From Klebsiella phage KPN8, in the sequence record OP079919.1: a stretch of DNA of 64,000 bases; one strand, written 5' to 3'. Each line of letters opens with the position of its first letter. Within the stretch, counting starts at the first letter, position 1. The translations under genes and the position numbers were made by a program. Of this stretch, positions 29,087 to 38,687 are shown one piece after another. Under the pieces are notes generated by a model, which ran no database searches, had not been told where the DNA came from, and worked only from the letters and a program-made list of their open reading frames with translations.

Positions 29087-30799
29087 ATGAACGAAGAAAA
29101 TAAAATCGCGATCGTTTCTCATGGGGAGGTTGTTGAGTTTGATCCTAACAACGCTGAGCATCGAAAGATTCTTGAGTCGGCAAATAGGAAACTTATAACG
29201 AACGAACTCTACCAGCGGGATTTAAAACGCTTTAAAGATCTGGTTTTGTTTTATCAAAGTGCGGTTAGCAAAGAAACCATCGATGATAAAATTGAGGAGT
29301 TCTTAAGGGCTACCGGGATAAGGTTGGACTATTCCGATCTGGCCATTTTTAACTACGGGTACCCGGACATAGATGGATACTTCGGTACTCTCTATAACCG
29401 CGCAATGGGGATTGAACCTCCTTCTGTGTCAGCTGATGAAAATCCGATTGTTGGACTGAAGGAGAAGAGCTTGGACCCTCAACATTCATCAACCAACACT
29501 GGCGGTGGGTTATTATACGGCATTCTGCTCCGTAAATTTAACCGTTTTATGCAGAACGTAACAGCCGACCTTTTATTATTAGTGGACGTAAAATCGTTAA
29601 CGGCACAATGCCGGATTGAGACAAACATCCTCAGAAAAATAGAGGGGTTTAATAAAGAAACAAATCTGGAACTGGATCGCGTCGGTATAGGTCGGTCAAT
29701 CGATGAAAATACGCAACCCGAGTATTTTAATGTTCTTTTCGCAGACCTAATTAAACGATCAGAAGAATTCAGAATACAGACGATCCCTCTTTCTGAGAAA
29801 ATTCGGTTTTATCAATCAGACTGTGGTGAAATCAGGATTGGCGGAATTGACAAATCTTCAGCGGATATACCGCTGGTGCTGGTTACCGATAAAGAAGGAC
29901 GGGTTCGTTGCCGTCAGGTCGGGGAACTATTGCGTGGCGACAAACCATTCCCATGTTTTATCTGTAACGGCTCGCCGGATAAAAAGGAATCAAGAAATGA
30001 ACAACCTACTGGAAGATTAAGGACAGCCTCGCGTTATTGGTACGATCGTTTCGGTCACCCTCATCTTTTAGAGTCTGGCGGGCCAATGCACGTAAACTCT
30101 ATTAAATGCGAACCGGCGCGTGGTAAAATTTTGGAGGTATCGGTCAACAAGGACCCGATTCCTTCTCCTGATCCCCGCGATGAAAGTGTAAGGAGTAAAG
30201 ATACCGTTATTCAAAACAGTATTTCGATTACCACCGGGAAAGTTAACATGCATGCGCTTGAGGCGGCATGTCGGACAATGGCCGAAAGTATGAAAGTCAT
30301 GCACCGCAAGCCCGTCTCTGATGAATTTCGCAATAAACTTTACGAGGCGCTGGCCGCCTTTTATCATCGACATCACTCTCTAGGAAATGTTTCAAGAGAG
30401 TTCCTATACGGGGATGTTATTTGCATCGAACGGTTTAAGCGGGAGTTTGGAATTGTTTTCTCCGCTAGGGACGTGGACGCTTTTCTTAATGGAGTTATGA
30501 CTATCCCTGTGTTACTCGGCAAATACGTTAGAGAACGCCATCCCGGTGAAAAGAAAATCACAACTTACTCACAATACGCTTTAGCTCTAAACACATTAAC
30601 CTCGTTATTGTGTTTGTTTCCCTCAAACGTAAGGACGAGAGAAGATATTGAACGTGCTAAAGCATTACACGTTCAATTCAATATTCGTTTTGACATTGAT
30701 ATGTCCGAAGAGGATTTCTTAGCGATTATCTATCGTCATGGCACCCCCCGCCATTTTCTCAAAAAACACGCTACCACTGAAGCCACTAAAGGTGAATAA
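29087..30799 (+). CDS. large hypothetical protein (570 aa; Cys cluster CRQ..CFICNG)
   Basis: AATTTTAGGAAATAAAATC-ATG. Confidence 0.7.
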   Translation: MNEENKIAIVSHGEVVEFDPNNAEHRKILESANRKLITNELYQRDLKRFKDLVLFYQSAVSKETIDDKIEEFLRATGIRLDYSDLAIFNYGYPDIDGYFGTLYNRAMGIEPPSVSADENPIVGLKEKSLDPQHSSTNTGGGLLYGILLRKFNRFMQNVTADLLLLVDVKSLTAQCRIETNILRKIEGFNKETNLELDRVGIGRSIDENTQPEYFNVLFADLIKRSEEFRIQTIPLSEKIRFYQSDCGEIRIGGIDKSSADIPLVLVTDKEGRVRCRQVGELLRGDKPFPCFICNGSPDKKESRNEQPTGRLRTASRYWYDRFGHPHLLESGGPMHVNSIKCEPARGKILEVSVNKDPIPSPDPRDESVRSKDTVIQNSISITTGKVNMHALEAACRTMAESMKVMHRKPVSDEFRNKLYEALAAFYHRHHSLGNVSREFLYGDVICIERFKREFGIVFSARDVDAFLNGVMTIPVLLGKYVRERHPGEKKITTYSQYALALNTLTSLLCLFPSNVRTREDIERAKALHVQFNIRFDIDMSEEDFLAIIYRHGTPRHFLKKHATTEATKGE

Positions 30800-30976
30800 A
30801 TGCAACCACTGATCAGTCTTAAAGAGTTAGCCAAACTTCTGGGTATTTCCGTTAAAACCCTGAAAATTCGTATTAGCAAAGGTACTGTTCCCCAGCCTTT
30901 CGTTAGCGAGGGGAAAAATATGCGTTGGATGCGTTCTGACGTTGAGCATCTCTTCTCTAAAGAAGAAGTCGTTTAA
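30800..30976 (+). CDS. AlpA/Xis-like HTH DNA-binding protein (58 aa; not in ORF track)
   Basis: MQPLISLKELAKLLGISVKTLKIRISKGTVPQPFVSEGKNMRWMRSDVEHLF resembles AlpA family (LxxKEVAxLLGVSxSTIYRxIKxGxFPxP..G...RW); TAAATG coupling. Confidence 0.55.
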   Translation: MQPLISLKELAKLLGISVKTLKIRISKGTVPQPFVSEGKNMRWMRSDVEHLFSKEEVV

Positions 30977-30978
30977 GT

Positions 30979-30992
30979 TGTAAATATTTACA
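30979..30992 (+). promoter_or_regulatory. perfect 14-nt palindrome TGTAAATATTTACA (candidate operator/promoter element)
   Basis: immediately after AlpA-like gene, upstream of GC3-rich gene 31051. Confidence 0.35.
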
Positions 30993-31050
30993 GCCCTGTA
31001 CTATTGTAATGGTTAACCGACCGTAAACTTTAATTAAAGGAAAAGAAGTT

Positions 31051-31332
31051 ATGTCTAAAATCAAACTGACCGAAGAACAACTCGCCGCCCTGAATGGTTC
31101 GGAATCCTTCGTCGTCTCCGGCCTGGCTGCCGGCAAAGTCTCCCTGGCAACCGACGTGTCGGTCATCACCCTCGATCTCGATCCGGGTCAGCTGACCATC
31201 GGCCAAACCCTGAAGATTAAAGACGGCGTCCTCGTCACGGACAAAGCCCAAGAACAAAAGGCCGAAAAAGCCAAAGGTAAAAACAACCCGTCTCCGGAAA
31301 TGGCGGCCAAACTTGCCGGCAGCGCCTGCTAA
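31051..31332 (+). CDS. small abundant-type protein (93 aa), GC3-rich host-like codon usage
   Basis: AAGGAAAAGAAGTT-ATG; strong bias to C/G-ending codons; strong terminator. Confidence 0.7.
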   Translation: MSKIKLTEEQLAALNGSESFVVSGLAAGKVSLATDVSVITLDLDPGQLTIGQTLKIKDGVLVTDKAQEQKAEKAKGKNNPSPEMAAKLAGSAC

Positions 31333-31342
31333 GTTAAGGTAA

Positions 31343-31388
31343 AGTAGGAGGGGGGTTTCCTCCTCCTACTCCCTCGTGTTTATTTTTT
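31343..31388 (+). terminator. intrinsic terminator, palindromic family member 4 (AGTAGGAGG...CCTCCTACT + TTTATTTTTT)
   Basis: GC stem then T-run. Confidence 0.75.
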
Positions 31389-31401
31389 GGGAATTTCGTT
31401 A

Positions 31402-31965
31402 ATGACCATAAAGACTCTTTCCGGGAGATTATTTCTTAACCGAGATAAATCTAATCTCAACAGCGTAAGTTGGTCGGCTAAAGTCACCATTGTCGATTAT
31501 GAAACGAAAAAGAAAGAAAAAATCCATAACGAGATTTTTGACGCTAATCTTACCATTCGTAAAGGGAATTCAAGCATAGTCCTCCATACCAATAATGACG
31601 GGGTAGACAAAAATTTTGAATCTTTTTTGTCTAAGCTTCGGCTCATCAGCACTCACGTTCGTGATTTCGTTGAGCAATGCGAGATTAAGCGCAGTAAACC
31701 AACCCAGGTTAAAACCGAGCGCTACTGGTTAAATGACCCTGAAGGAATCGATAAATCATTTACTGGGTCACTGGTAAAGATATACGATACTTATAGCGAC
31801 ACCATAGAAATAAGTTCCTGTGAGCGATCAGCGCGTTGGTATATCAATAGTTACCTTAATCGAGGGAAGTCCGAGATTGGCGAACTTATTGTTTTACAGC
31901 GCGCCATAGATCGGCTCATTAGAGATATTGGTATTGTTTTAAAAGAGGTTAAAAATGGGGCGTAA
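31402..31965 (+). CDS. hypothetical protein (187 aa; ATG start chosen over TTG 31387)
   Basis: ORF. Confidence 0.55.
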   Translation: MTIKTLSGRLFLNRDKSNLNSVSWSAKVTIVDYETKKKEKIHNEIFDANLTIRKGNSSIVLHTNNDGVDKNFESFLSKLRLISTHVRDFVEQCEIKRSKPTQVKTERYWLNDPEGIDKSFTGSLVKIYDTYSDTIEISSCERSARWYINSYLNRGKSEIGELIVLQRAIDRLIRDIGIVLKEVKNGA

Positions 31966-32374
31966 GAGTCACGGGGAAGATTATTCCGACGCAGAGCTTG
32001 ATTTTATCGCAAGCGTGGCGCACAGCGTGCAGTGTGGGATAGACTATGCCTTTGGTCTGCCGGAATTGCATCAATGGGGGTTAATGGGTGACGGGTATAA
32101 AGCCCAAATGAAAGCATCCGTCAGAGCCGTTCTGGTTCATGACAAATCACCAAAATCTCTCCATGGCAGTTGGCTTAGTCGACTAACCCAAGAAGGTTGG
32201 GTTCATGGAGAAGTAAAGGATGCGGAAAAGAAAACTCATCCGTTATTAGTTCCATTCGACGAACTTCCTATCGAATGGAAACTTCGTCTTCGTCAATTCA
32301 GAGCAGCGGTCATTCCTTTTAGAAAAACCAAAAATACAGTGAGATCTAATCTCATTACCTTTTCAACAAAATAA
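31955..32374 (+). CDS. hypothetical protein (139 aa)
   Basis: AGAGGTTAAAA-ATG; 11-nt overlap. Confidence 0.55.
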   Translation: MGRKSHGEDYSDAELDFIASVAHSVQCGIDYAFGLPELHQWGLMGDGYKAQMKASVRAVLVHDKSPKSLHGSWLSRLTQEGWVHGEVKDAEKKTHPLLVPFDELPIEWKLRLRQFRAAVIPFRKTKNTVRSNLITFSTK

Positions 32375-32398
32375 CCTCACTAATTTAGGGCTACGATT

Positions 32399-33142
32399 AT
32401 GAGCGAAAACATTCCTTACGTTTACCTTCCTTCCGACATTAAAAATGATCCGGGTGTTGTTTTGAATCGCACTAAGATCAATCGTTCGAAAACCATCATT
32501 AAAATGTTGGGGGTCAAAATAAAAGACCATAACAACACCGTAAAGATGTTTGATAAAGCGATGTCCGGCGAGATTTATCAAACCAAGGAGGGGAGAAAAT
32601 ATCGTTCGGTAACTTTCAAGTTACACGCCAAGCGAAAGAAGGAACTTTTGGAAGCGCTTAAAGCGGAAGAGAAAGTATTACAAGCAATGAAAGAATTTGG
32701 TGTAATTCTTCAACAGAACATCTACGACGCTCAGTCGATGAGTTTCTCTCCTTTCTCTTTAAAAGGTTTTCTCGACTCTAAAGCACTCGGGAGCATTCCG
32801 GGTAAATCCGAATTACGGGATCTTCGTCAGTCACTGGGTGCATTAATTGAAGCGGATCCTAATGCCGTTATCTGGATTGCAAAAAGAAATCTGGACGGGG
32901 TTCCGGTTGCTTTTATCGCCGGGCGAGACAAAGGCGATGACGCCTTCGACATGTCTATTTTCTATTCACACACTGAGGATGCAGAACGGCATAATGAGGT
33001 AATGAAATATCTCATTAAGCGTCTAAAATCGATAGGGGTGACCCCTATCAGTCTGATCTCGATTTCTCCTGATTTTAGTGCAGCGGGTCACGCAATGGAG
33101 AAAATGGGCGGGCGCATGACTTCAGCACAGTTTGACTTTTAA
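32399..33142 (+). CDS. hypothetical protein (247 aa)
   Basis: TTTAGGGCTACGATT-ATG. Confidence 0.65.
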   Translation: MSENIPYVYLPSDIKNDPGVVLNRTKINRSKTIIKMLGVKIKDHNNTVKMFDKAMSGEIYQTKEGRKYRSVTFKLHAKRKKELLEALKAEEKVLQAMKEFGVILQQNIYDAQSMSFSPFSLKGFLDSKALGSIPGKSELRDLRQSLGALIEADPNAVIWIAKRNLDGVPVAFIAGRDKGDDAFDMSIFYSHTEDAERHNEVMKYLIKRLKSIGVTPISLISISPDFSAAGHAMEKMGGRMTSAQFDF

Positions 33143-33154
33143 GGGTGATTAAAC

Positions 33155-33829
33155 ATGGGTGTAAATTCTAGAACGATCCCGCTTTCTTACTACAAGACAA
33201 AAACGACAGATGAAAAAGACGAGTTTCCTATTGACTCCGATATCAATACTGTCATCTTTGATTTCGAAACCGCTTCGCTTGGCATTAATCCAGCGATCCT
33301 CAGTATGGGTGCGTTTGCATTCAACCGGTTTAGTTTAGAGACCACACAACGTCGAATGAAGAATCCTCAGGATAAGGATACGTTTTATCGTAATCTTAAT
33401 CTAAAGGAATCGTTCTTCTTGGGTTTCGACATCGCCAAAGAAACCGGGGAATGGCATTACAAAAAGAACGGAACGAACCTCGGCAAGATGTTAGAGAACG
33501 AGGTTTCTCCATACGCGGCCTTACGGGAATTCAAACGCTTCATCATGTCTTATCGTCGTAAGACCGAGGACATGGTTATTCTGATTCGTCGCACTCACGC
33601 AGATTACATTTGGTTAGAGAATCTGTGTAAGCGATTGGATACAGAGATGTTCCTCAGACACAACGACGTGATTGACATCCCAAGCATCGTGTTTGCTAAA
33701 ACAGGCGACGTTAAAGGGCATTACACCCTGGAAGAAAGTTTGTTTGAAGGTCTTGTAAGTCATCATGCGCTGACCGATTGTTATTTAGACGCGCTTCGCA
33801 TTTGTTCGCTGTACCAAGAAACGAAGTAA
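33155..33829 (+). CDS. DEDDh 3'-5' exonuclease (DnaQ/DexA-like)
   Basis: Exo I VIFDFETASLG (DxE); Exo III HHALTDCYLDAL; 224 aa. Confidence 0.7.
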   Translation: MGVNSRTIPLSYYKTKTTDEKDEFPIDSDINTVIFDFETASLGINPAILSMGAFAFNRFSLETTQRRMKNPQDKDTFYRNLNLKESFFLGFDIAKETGEWHYKKNGTNLGKMLENEVSPYAALREFKRFIMSYRRKTEDMVILIRRTHADYIWLENLCKRLDTEMFLRHNDVIDIPSIVFAKTGDVKGHYTLEESLFEGLVSHHALTDCYLDALRICSLYQETK

Positions 33830-33835
33830 AAACGT

Positions 33836-33872
33836 AGAGGGGTTAACGCCCCTCTCTTATTTTGTCTTTTTT
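33836..33872 (+). terminator. intrinsic terminator (AGAGGGG-ttaacg-CCCCTCT + TTATTTTGTCTTTTTT)
   Basis: GC stem then T-run. Confidence 0.75.
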
Positions 33873-33885
33873 AGGAATTAACATC

Positions 33886-34182
33886 ATGAGCTTAGAATCT
33901 TTCTTTCGTCAATTACTAGATTGGCCGGAATACGAAACACCATCGTACTTTATTAAAAACGGGGTATGCACGATTATAGACGGCGAAGACCAAATCAGTT
34001 TTCGCATAAGAGATATCGCCCGAATACGTTTGGTTAACCGTACTGTTAACCTCTACAGCCGCACGGGAATAGAGATCGCGTTCTACGGAAAGAAACCTCG
34101 CATCCACGTAGAGAGCTCTTCTGACTTTAAAGAATATTTCGTTAAAATGATGTCCGATATCTTCGCTGGAAGGGAATGCTGA
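33886..34182 (+). CDS. hypothetical protein (98 aa; ATG 33886 after TTTTTAGGAATTAACATC)
   Basis: conserved initiation motif; ORF-track TTG start rejected. Confidence 0.6.
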   Translation: MSLESFFRQLLDWPEYETPSYFIKNGVCTIIDGEDQISFRIRDIARIRLVNRTVNLYSRTGIEIAFYGKKPRIHVESSSDFKEYFVKMMSDIFAGREC

Positions 34183-34745
34183 TGAAAAGTATCAAACGTA
34201 AGTACGTAACAGCTAACGAACTTAAGAATAGTAAGTTCATTATCTTCGGGGAAATGCATACATCAGAAGATCGCGATGAAGTCGAATTTTTGATTCGACG
34301 GGCTCACACGCTAAAGCCGTTTAAAGTCCTCTTTAGTGAGGAATGCGGAAGTGAAGTGTTCCTCACACCTAATGCCATTAAACGAGGACTGGAATTAGAG
34401 AAATGGTCAATTAGCGATCGTTCCTTTAAATTAGCGTTAGAGCTCGGGTTACAAGTCGTAGGGTGCGATCTTTGGGATAAATCCGTTTACGCCTGGGATA
34501 AGAAAGACGAGAACGGAATCTACACAGATTGTCGACGTAGCTTCGCATTAAGAGAGCAGTTTATGATCGATCAGATCATGGGGCTGTGCAACCCTAACAA
34601 TCCACATGTGCGTGGCTGTATGATCGTAGGAGACAGTCACCTAAGGATGACAAAAAATCCCGTTATGGGAGATGCTAGTGCGCTCGGTAAGCTTGTTTAT
34701 AATCGGGGTTTAATTCTTCGCAGTGACATTGGGGAAGTGACATGA
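34176..34745 (+). CDS. hypothetical protein (189 aa)
   Basis: ORF; overlaps neighbours. Confidence 0.6.
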   Translation: MLMKSIKRKYVTANELKNSKFIIFGEMHTSEDRDEVEFLIRRAHTLKPFKVLFSEECGSEVFLTPNAIKRGLELEKWSISDRSFKLALELGLQVVGCDLWDKSVYAWDKKDENGIYTDCRRSFALREQFMIDQIMGLCNPNNPHVRGCMIVGDSHLRMTKNPVMGDASALGKLVYNRGLILRSDIGEVT

Positions 34746-35170
34746 GAATATTCTTAATTCAGGAAAATTTTTGTAGTCGTGAGTTCTTTTCTCTTTTAAA
34801 GGATTACGGAGTTCCTAAGGGGAATCTGGATACGAATAAGGATGGATATATCTACGTTCGTACCGGGATAGAACCAAAAGAAATTATCCGGCGTATTAAG
34901 CTGGCTGATAGTCGCAAAATGAAAGTCGTTTTCATTATTCCGCATTATCTCAACCAGAGTAAAGAGCTGTACGCAGCTCTCAAGGACGATGGTCACAATT
35001 GGGAGAATCACCTAAGCATAGTCGGAAATCATTTGGAAGAAGCCGATTATGTTGATTTTGTCAGAGACGACAACCTCACAGATATTGTAAAGATCATTCA
35101 GCGTGTTAAAACTGAGTGGGGTCGGGTCACCCATCCCGCTTATTCGTCTATTTTTGGTTCAGTTAACTGA
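34742..35170 (+). CDS. hypothetical protein (142 aa)
   Basis: ATGA overlap. Confidence 0.6.
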   Translation: MRIFLIQENFCSREFFSLLKDYGVPKGNLDTNKDGYIYVRTGIEPKEIIRRIKLADSRKMKVVFIIPHYLNQSKELYAALKDDGHNWENHLSIVGNHLEEADYVDFVRDDNLTDIVKIIQRVKTEWGRVTHPAYSSIFGSVN

Positions 35171-35236
35171 AAACCCAATACTCGCCACCTTTATGTTTAA
35201 AGGTGGAGTGAGTAGAATAATTGGTCGGAGATGATC

Positions 35237-35659
35237 ATGAGACTATCCCAGTATAAAGATCTATTACAAAGTGTTTCGGCTGAGCCGATTCGGTTTAACT
35301 CTGAGTTCTACGAAAAAGTTATCCCTTTCCCTATTACAGGGAAAGACTCTACTAAGGCGCATTGGAGTTTGGTATTAAATCGCCCAGTTTCGGTAGAAGC
35401 GGCTTTCCTCAAATACGCGACTGGGGTCTTCGTTGATTTCGGGGAATACTTTACGATAAAGGAGCCGTTATCCTTAGCGGACTTCGTATTCCAATATAGC
35501 CGTAACGGCGGGTTTCAGTTAACGGAGTATTTCACTCACTTTATTCCCGCCCCCGATATCACCAGCCCATACGGCTGGGCTACGGTATCACGTAACCCCT
35601 TAAATATTAAAGCGCACTACGATCTGTTCGTGGGGAACCCCAAGTTCATTAAAAAATAA
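35237..35659 (+). CDS. hypothetical protein (140 aa)
   Basis: GGAG 6 nt before ATG 35237. Confidence 0.6.
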   Translation: MRLSQYKDLLQSVSAEPIRFNSEFYEKVIPFPITGKDSTKAHWSLVLNRPVSVEAAFLKYATGVFVDFGEYFTIKEPLSLADFVFQYSRNGGFQLTEYFTHFIPAPDITSPYGWATVSRNPLNIKAHYDLFVGNPKFIKK

Positions 35660-35682
35660 TCACATATTTAATTGGAGGGATT

Positions 35683-36090
35683 ATGGCTAGATTTAAAAGA
35701 CGCGGCGGTTACCGTTCCGATCATGGGCCGGAAGCCGAGTCCCTGAAGATAGAATTAATTCTCAATACGGGGTTGATTAACGAGCTTACAGAAGCGATAA
35801 AAGAGAGAAAATATTCAAGATTGCAACTCCAAATAGCTTACCACAATTACCGTCGGAGTCATTTAAATAAAACACAGCCATTGACCGAATTGGAAAAGAA
35901 CGCCCACATCGCAAAAATAGATCGGGTGAACCGGATCCTCGCGGGGCTTTGCCTGCAGCATAAAGCCGCCGTCGCCAGACAAATCACACTCAAAAATAAA
36001 TACCGAGAGGCATACACTGAGTATTATCGGGCTAACGGAATCAACGCACATTTAATAATAGGGAGTTGGGGTTACATCCCGGCCTCCTAA
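35683..36090 (+). CDS. hypothetical basic protein (135 aa)
   Basis: TTGGAGGGATT-ATG. Confidence 0.6.
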   Translation: MARFKRRGGYRSDHGPEAESLKIELILNTGLINELTEAIKERKYSRLQLQIAYHNYRRSHLNKTQPLTELEKNAHIAKIDRVNRILAGLCLQHKAAVARQITLKNKYREAYTEYYRANGINAHLIIGSWGYIPAS

Positions 36091-36114
36091 GAAAACCTTT
36101 TAGGAACTAACATC

Positions 36115-36912
36115 ATGACAGACCAATGTGAGTGGAAAGACGTTTATGTGACTGGCTGCAATCATGTAAACGATAAGATCATGTTAAAATATCGCCCTCA
36201 GTTTCGTACGATGGAAGAACATGATAACGAAACCTGGGGCCTTCTCGACCAAGTGCCAGAAGATAAAATCGTTATCTTCTTAGGTGACAACTTCCTCAGT
36301 CCAGAAAGTCTAATAAGACTAAAACAGTATAAGTTTTACAAAGTCCACGTACTCGGTAACCACGATCTCCAAAACGGGGTGAATATAAAAATGATTACCG
36401 ACGTGATGGATGAAGTCCATGGTAGCATTAAAATGGACGGGATATGGTTCTCGCACATCCCGATGCATAAACACGCTTTAGGACATGGTTATATTAACAT
36501 CCACGCTCACATGCACACCGACACGTTATACGACGATCGTTACGTTAACGTAAGTATGGATGCGACCAATTATCGTTTAATCTCTGTCGATGAAATACTG
36601 AACGGCAAGTACGTTCCTTTTTCCTTCCTCCCTAAAGGAAAAACAGAATCCTTAGATTTAACTGTCCCGATAAACGTTACTCGGTTTATTCTCGACGAAG
36701 AGATCTTTGATCAGGAAGGTAACTTAGTCGCAGAAATTAAATCAGTTGACGCCAGCCGCCCAATGAAGATAGACGTGAATATAAAAATGTTGCTCAGTGA
36801 GTTTAAAGCACATTTTAAATCACCTACCCAGTTCAAATTCGTCGCAGGTAGGGGCCAGGTTCACTCTAAAATTGTTTTCAACAAAATATCAACTCAGGAG
36901 TTACCATCGTGA
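36115..36912 (+). CDS. calcineurin-like metallophosphoesterase, paralog 2 (with about 90-aa C-terminal extension)
   Basis: GDNF...GNHD...HIPMH...HAHMH; parallel to 21460 protein. Confidence 0.7.
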   Translation: MTDQCEWKDVYVTGCNHVNDKIMLKYRPQFRTMEEHDNETWGLLDQVPEDKIVIFLGDNFLSPESLIRLKQYKFYKVHVLGNHDLQNGVNIKMITDVMDEVHGSIKMDGIWFSHIPMHKHALGHGYINIHAHMHTDTLYDDRYVNVSMDATNYRLISVDEILNGKYVPFSFLPKGKTESLDLTVPINVTRFILDEEIFDQEGNLVAEIKSVDASRPMKIDVNIKMLLSEFKAHFKSPTQFKFVAGRGQVHSKIVFNKISTQELPS

Positions 36913-37265
36913 AAGAGGAAAGATTACTGCAGCTCATCGCTTCTTCTAAAGTTCTTGAAGTCGTCACAATCACCCATAAAGAACTCCTGGAAATTGCAGA
37001 GTGTCGGATTCAGGTAAAAACCTTTTATCCCGACATTGTTGATCGTTACCTCGGTTACCTCAAAAACTCTCCTGAACTGGGTACGGGTAAAACAAAAACG
37101 TCGCATCTCATCTGGATGCTGGAGAGTATAAGGGATAATTCTGAAATGTCCCTTACCAAGAAACATCGCTGGTTGGGGTATATTCAGGGCATCATGGTCA
37201 CTCACGGCATTCTTGATGTAGATGAGGAACGTGATAATACTAGAGAAATTTTCAGGGGATTATGA
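36909..37265 (+). CDS. hypothetical protein (118 aa, GTG start)
   Basis: AGGAG 9 nt before GTG; overlap coupling. Confidence 0.5.
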   Translation: MKEERLLQLIASSKVLEVVTITHKELLEIAECRIQVKTFYPDIVDRYLGYLKNSPELGTGKTKTSHLIWMLESIRDNSEMSLTKKHRWLGYIQGIMVTHGILDVDEERDNTREIFRGL

Positions 37266-37636
37266 TGGACGAAAATAACGTAATAGGTCAGACTTACGAA
37301 AGTATTATGTCAGATCGTTTCAAGATGTACGAGTTTAGAACCAAATTGGGTTATGCTCGGTATAACGACCTTTCAGCTAAAATATTTTTTACTATTAAGA
37401 AGATAAGGGCGTTAAAAAAAGAAATCAAAAAATGTCAACGATTAGGCGCCGAGTTGGGTATTTCGGGTAAAACGGTTTATCGGTTAGGGACTCGCAGTTT
37501 TATTGCCGAGCTTAACATGGAACTTGCGTCCCTGCGAATGCTAATCGGTAAAAGAAAAGAAAAAATGGAAGAGTTAAGAAGATTAATTGGCGAGCGCAAC
37601 GACGCTTACAATAAACTTAATAACCTGGAGAAATAA
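37262..37636 (+). CDS. coiled-coil protein (124 aa)
   Basis: ATGA overlap; K/E/R/L-rich heptads. Confidence 0.55.
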   Translation: MMDENNVIGQTYESIMSDRFKMYEFRTKLGYARYNDLSAKIFFTIKKIRALKKEIKKCQRLGAELGISGKTVYRLGTRSFIAELNMELASLRMLIGKRKEKMEELRRLIGERNDAYNKLNNLEK

Positions 37637-37637
37637 A

Positions 37638-38231
37638 ATGGCAAATATTGAATTAATAAAGCAAACCAACGAAGAAGCTTTCAATGACCCACACCCTGGC
37701 GATCTCTGGCACGAGATGTTTAACGAGCAACTCCGGGTTATTAAGGTTAATGACGACGGGTCCTTATTTATCAGATACTCCCCATCTGGAATAAACCAGA
37801 TCTTGAAGATTAATCGCTCGCAGTTCGCCCTTATGTTAAAGTACAAGCATAATGATAATTTTTGTCTTGACGTGATAAGGGGCAAGAGTGTTTTCGATCT
37901 CCCAAGAAAGATCAGTAACGGTTTATTCGTTAAATTTGAAGACAGCGGTTTAAGCTGCCGGGTGGTGGAAGTCTTTAAAGACGTTTACGTTGTTGCAGAC
38001 GCTAGCGCGCTGACTAACCTTTGCCTGGAAGTTGGGATGAAGAAGCCGTTAGTTCCCGATAATTTGCGTTATCCTTTAATTGTTCATCTTGGCGGGGTAG
38101 GTCAAGCCGATGAGTTACTAAAAGAAACCTCTCTAGCAAAAATTAATCGCATCTTTGACTCGGTCAATTACAATAACTCGGTCAAAACGATTTACAGCTA
38201 TAATCACTGGTTGCTGTTCCGTAATTTTTAA
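37638..38231 (+). CDS. hypothetical protein (197 aa; trimmed from 37587)
   Basis: GGAGAAATAAA-ATG immediately after upstream stop. Confidence 0.6.
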   Translation: MANIELIKQTNEEAFNDPHPGDLWHEMFNEQLRVIKVNDDGSLFIRYSPSGINQILKINRSQFALMLKYKHNDNFCLDVIRGKSVFDLPRKISNGLFVKFEDSGLSCRVVEVFKDVYVVADASALTNLCLEVGMKKPLVPDNLRYPLIVHLGGVGQADELLKETSLAKINRIFDSVNYNNSVKTIYSYNHWLLFRNF

Positions 38232-38240
38232 GGATTCGAT

Positions 38241-38678
38241 ATGAGTTTACGTGCTTTGTATTGCGGTGGTGTTGTTAAAAATGGAATAGTGGCTTGGGGG
38301 AACCATATCCCAGTTACTCATCGAGAAACTTTCCTTCAATTTAAATTTCAACTCAAAGGATGTAAATCGGCTGGGTTCTTAGGGGACGAAGAAGGGTATT
38401 TGAAAATTTATGGTAAGAGTATTAGTCTCGGTATCGAGGCTAATGATTTTACTAATAAACGAATCAGGGCGGGTCAAGACAACTACCGGTTCTTCCGTTG
38501 CATGGTGACCGTAGGTAACTACGAATTCCCGTTATTATTTTGCGGAACTTACGAACCTGAGTTCTTTGAGTTACGTAAGGAAATCACCAGAGACGAGCTT
38601 GGCGATGCGTTAAGTCAGCTCGAACAACTGGGTTGCAATTATGTCAGCAACGATCGCAGAACCGTTAACTGGCTTTAG
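38241..38678 (+). CDS. hypothetical protein (145 aa)
   Basis: TAAGGATTCGAT-ATG. Confidence 0.6.
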   Translation: MSLRALYCGGVVKNGIVAWGNHIPVTHRETFLQFKFQLKGCKSAGFLGDEEGYLKIYGKSISLGIEANDFTNKRIRAGQDNYRFFRCMVTVGNYEFPLLFCGTYEPEFFELRKEITRDELGDALSQLEQLGCNYVSNDRRTVNWL

Positions 38679-38687
38679 GAAAATGAA

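Noticed and set aside
35182-35205. Hairpin CCACCTTTA-tgtt-TAAAGGTGG after gene 34742-35170
   Set aside because: Good 9-bp stem but no T-run downstream; may be an RNA structure or attenuator, not confidently a terminator.
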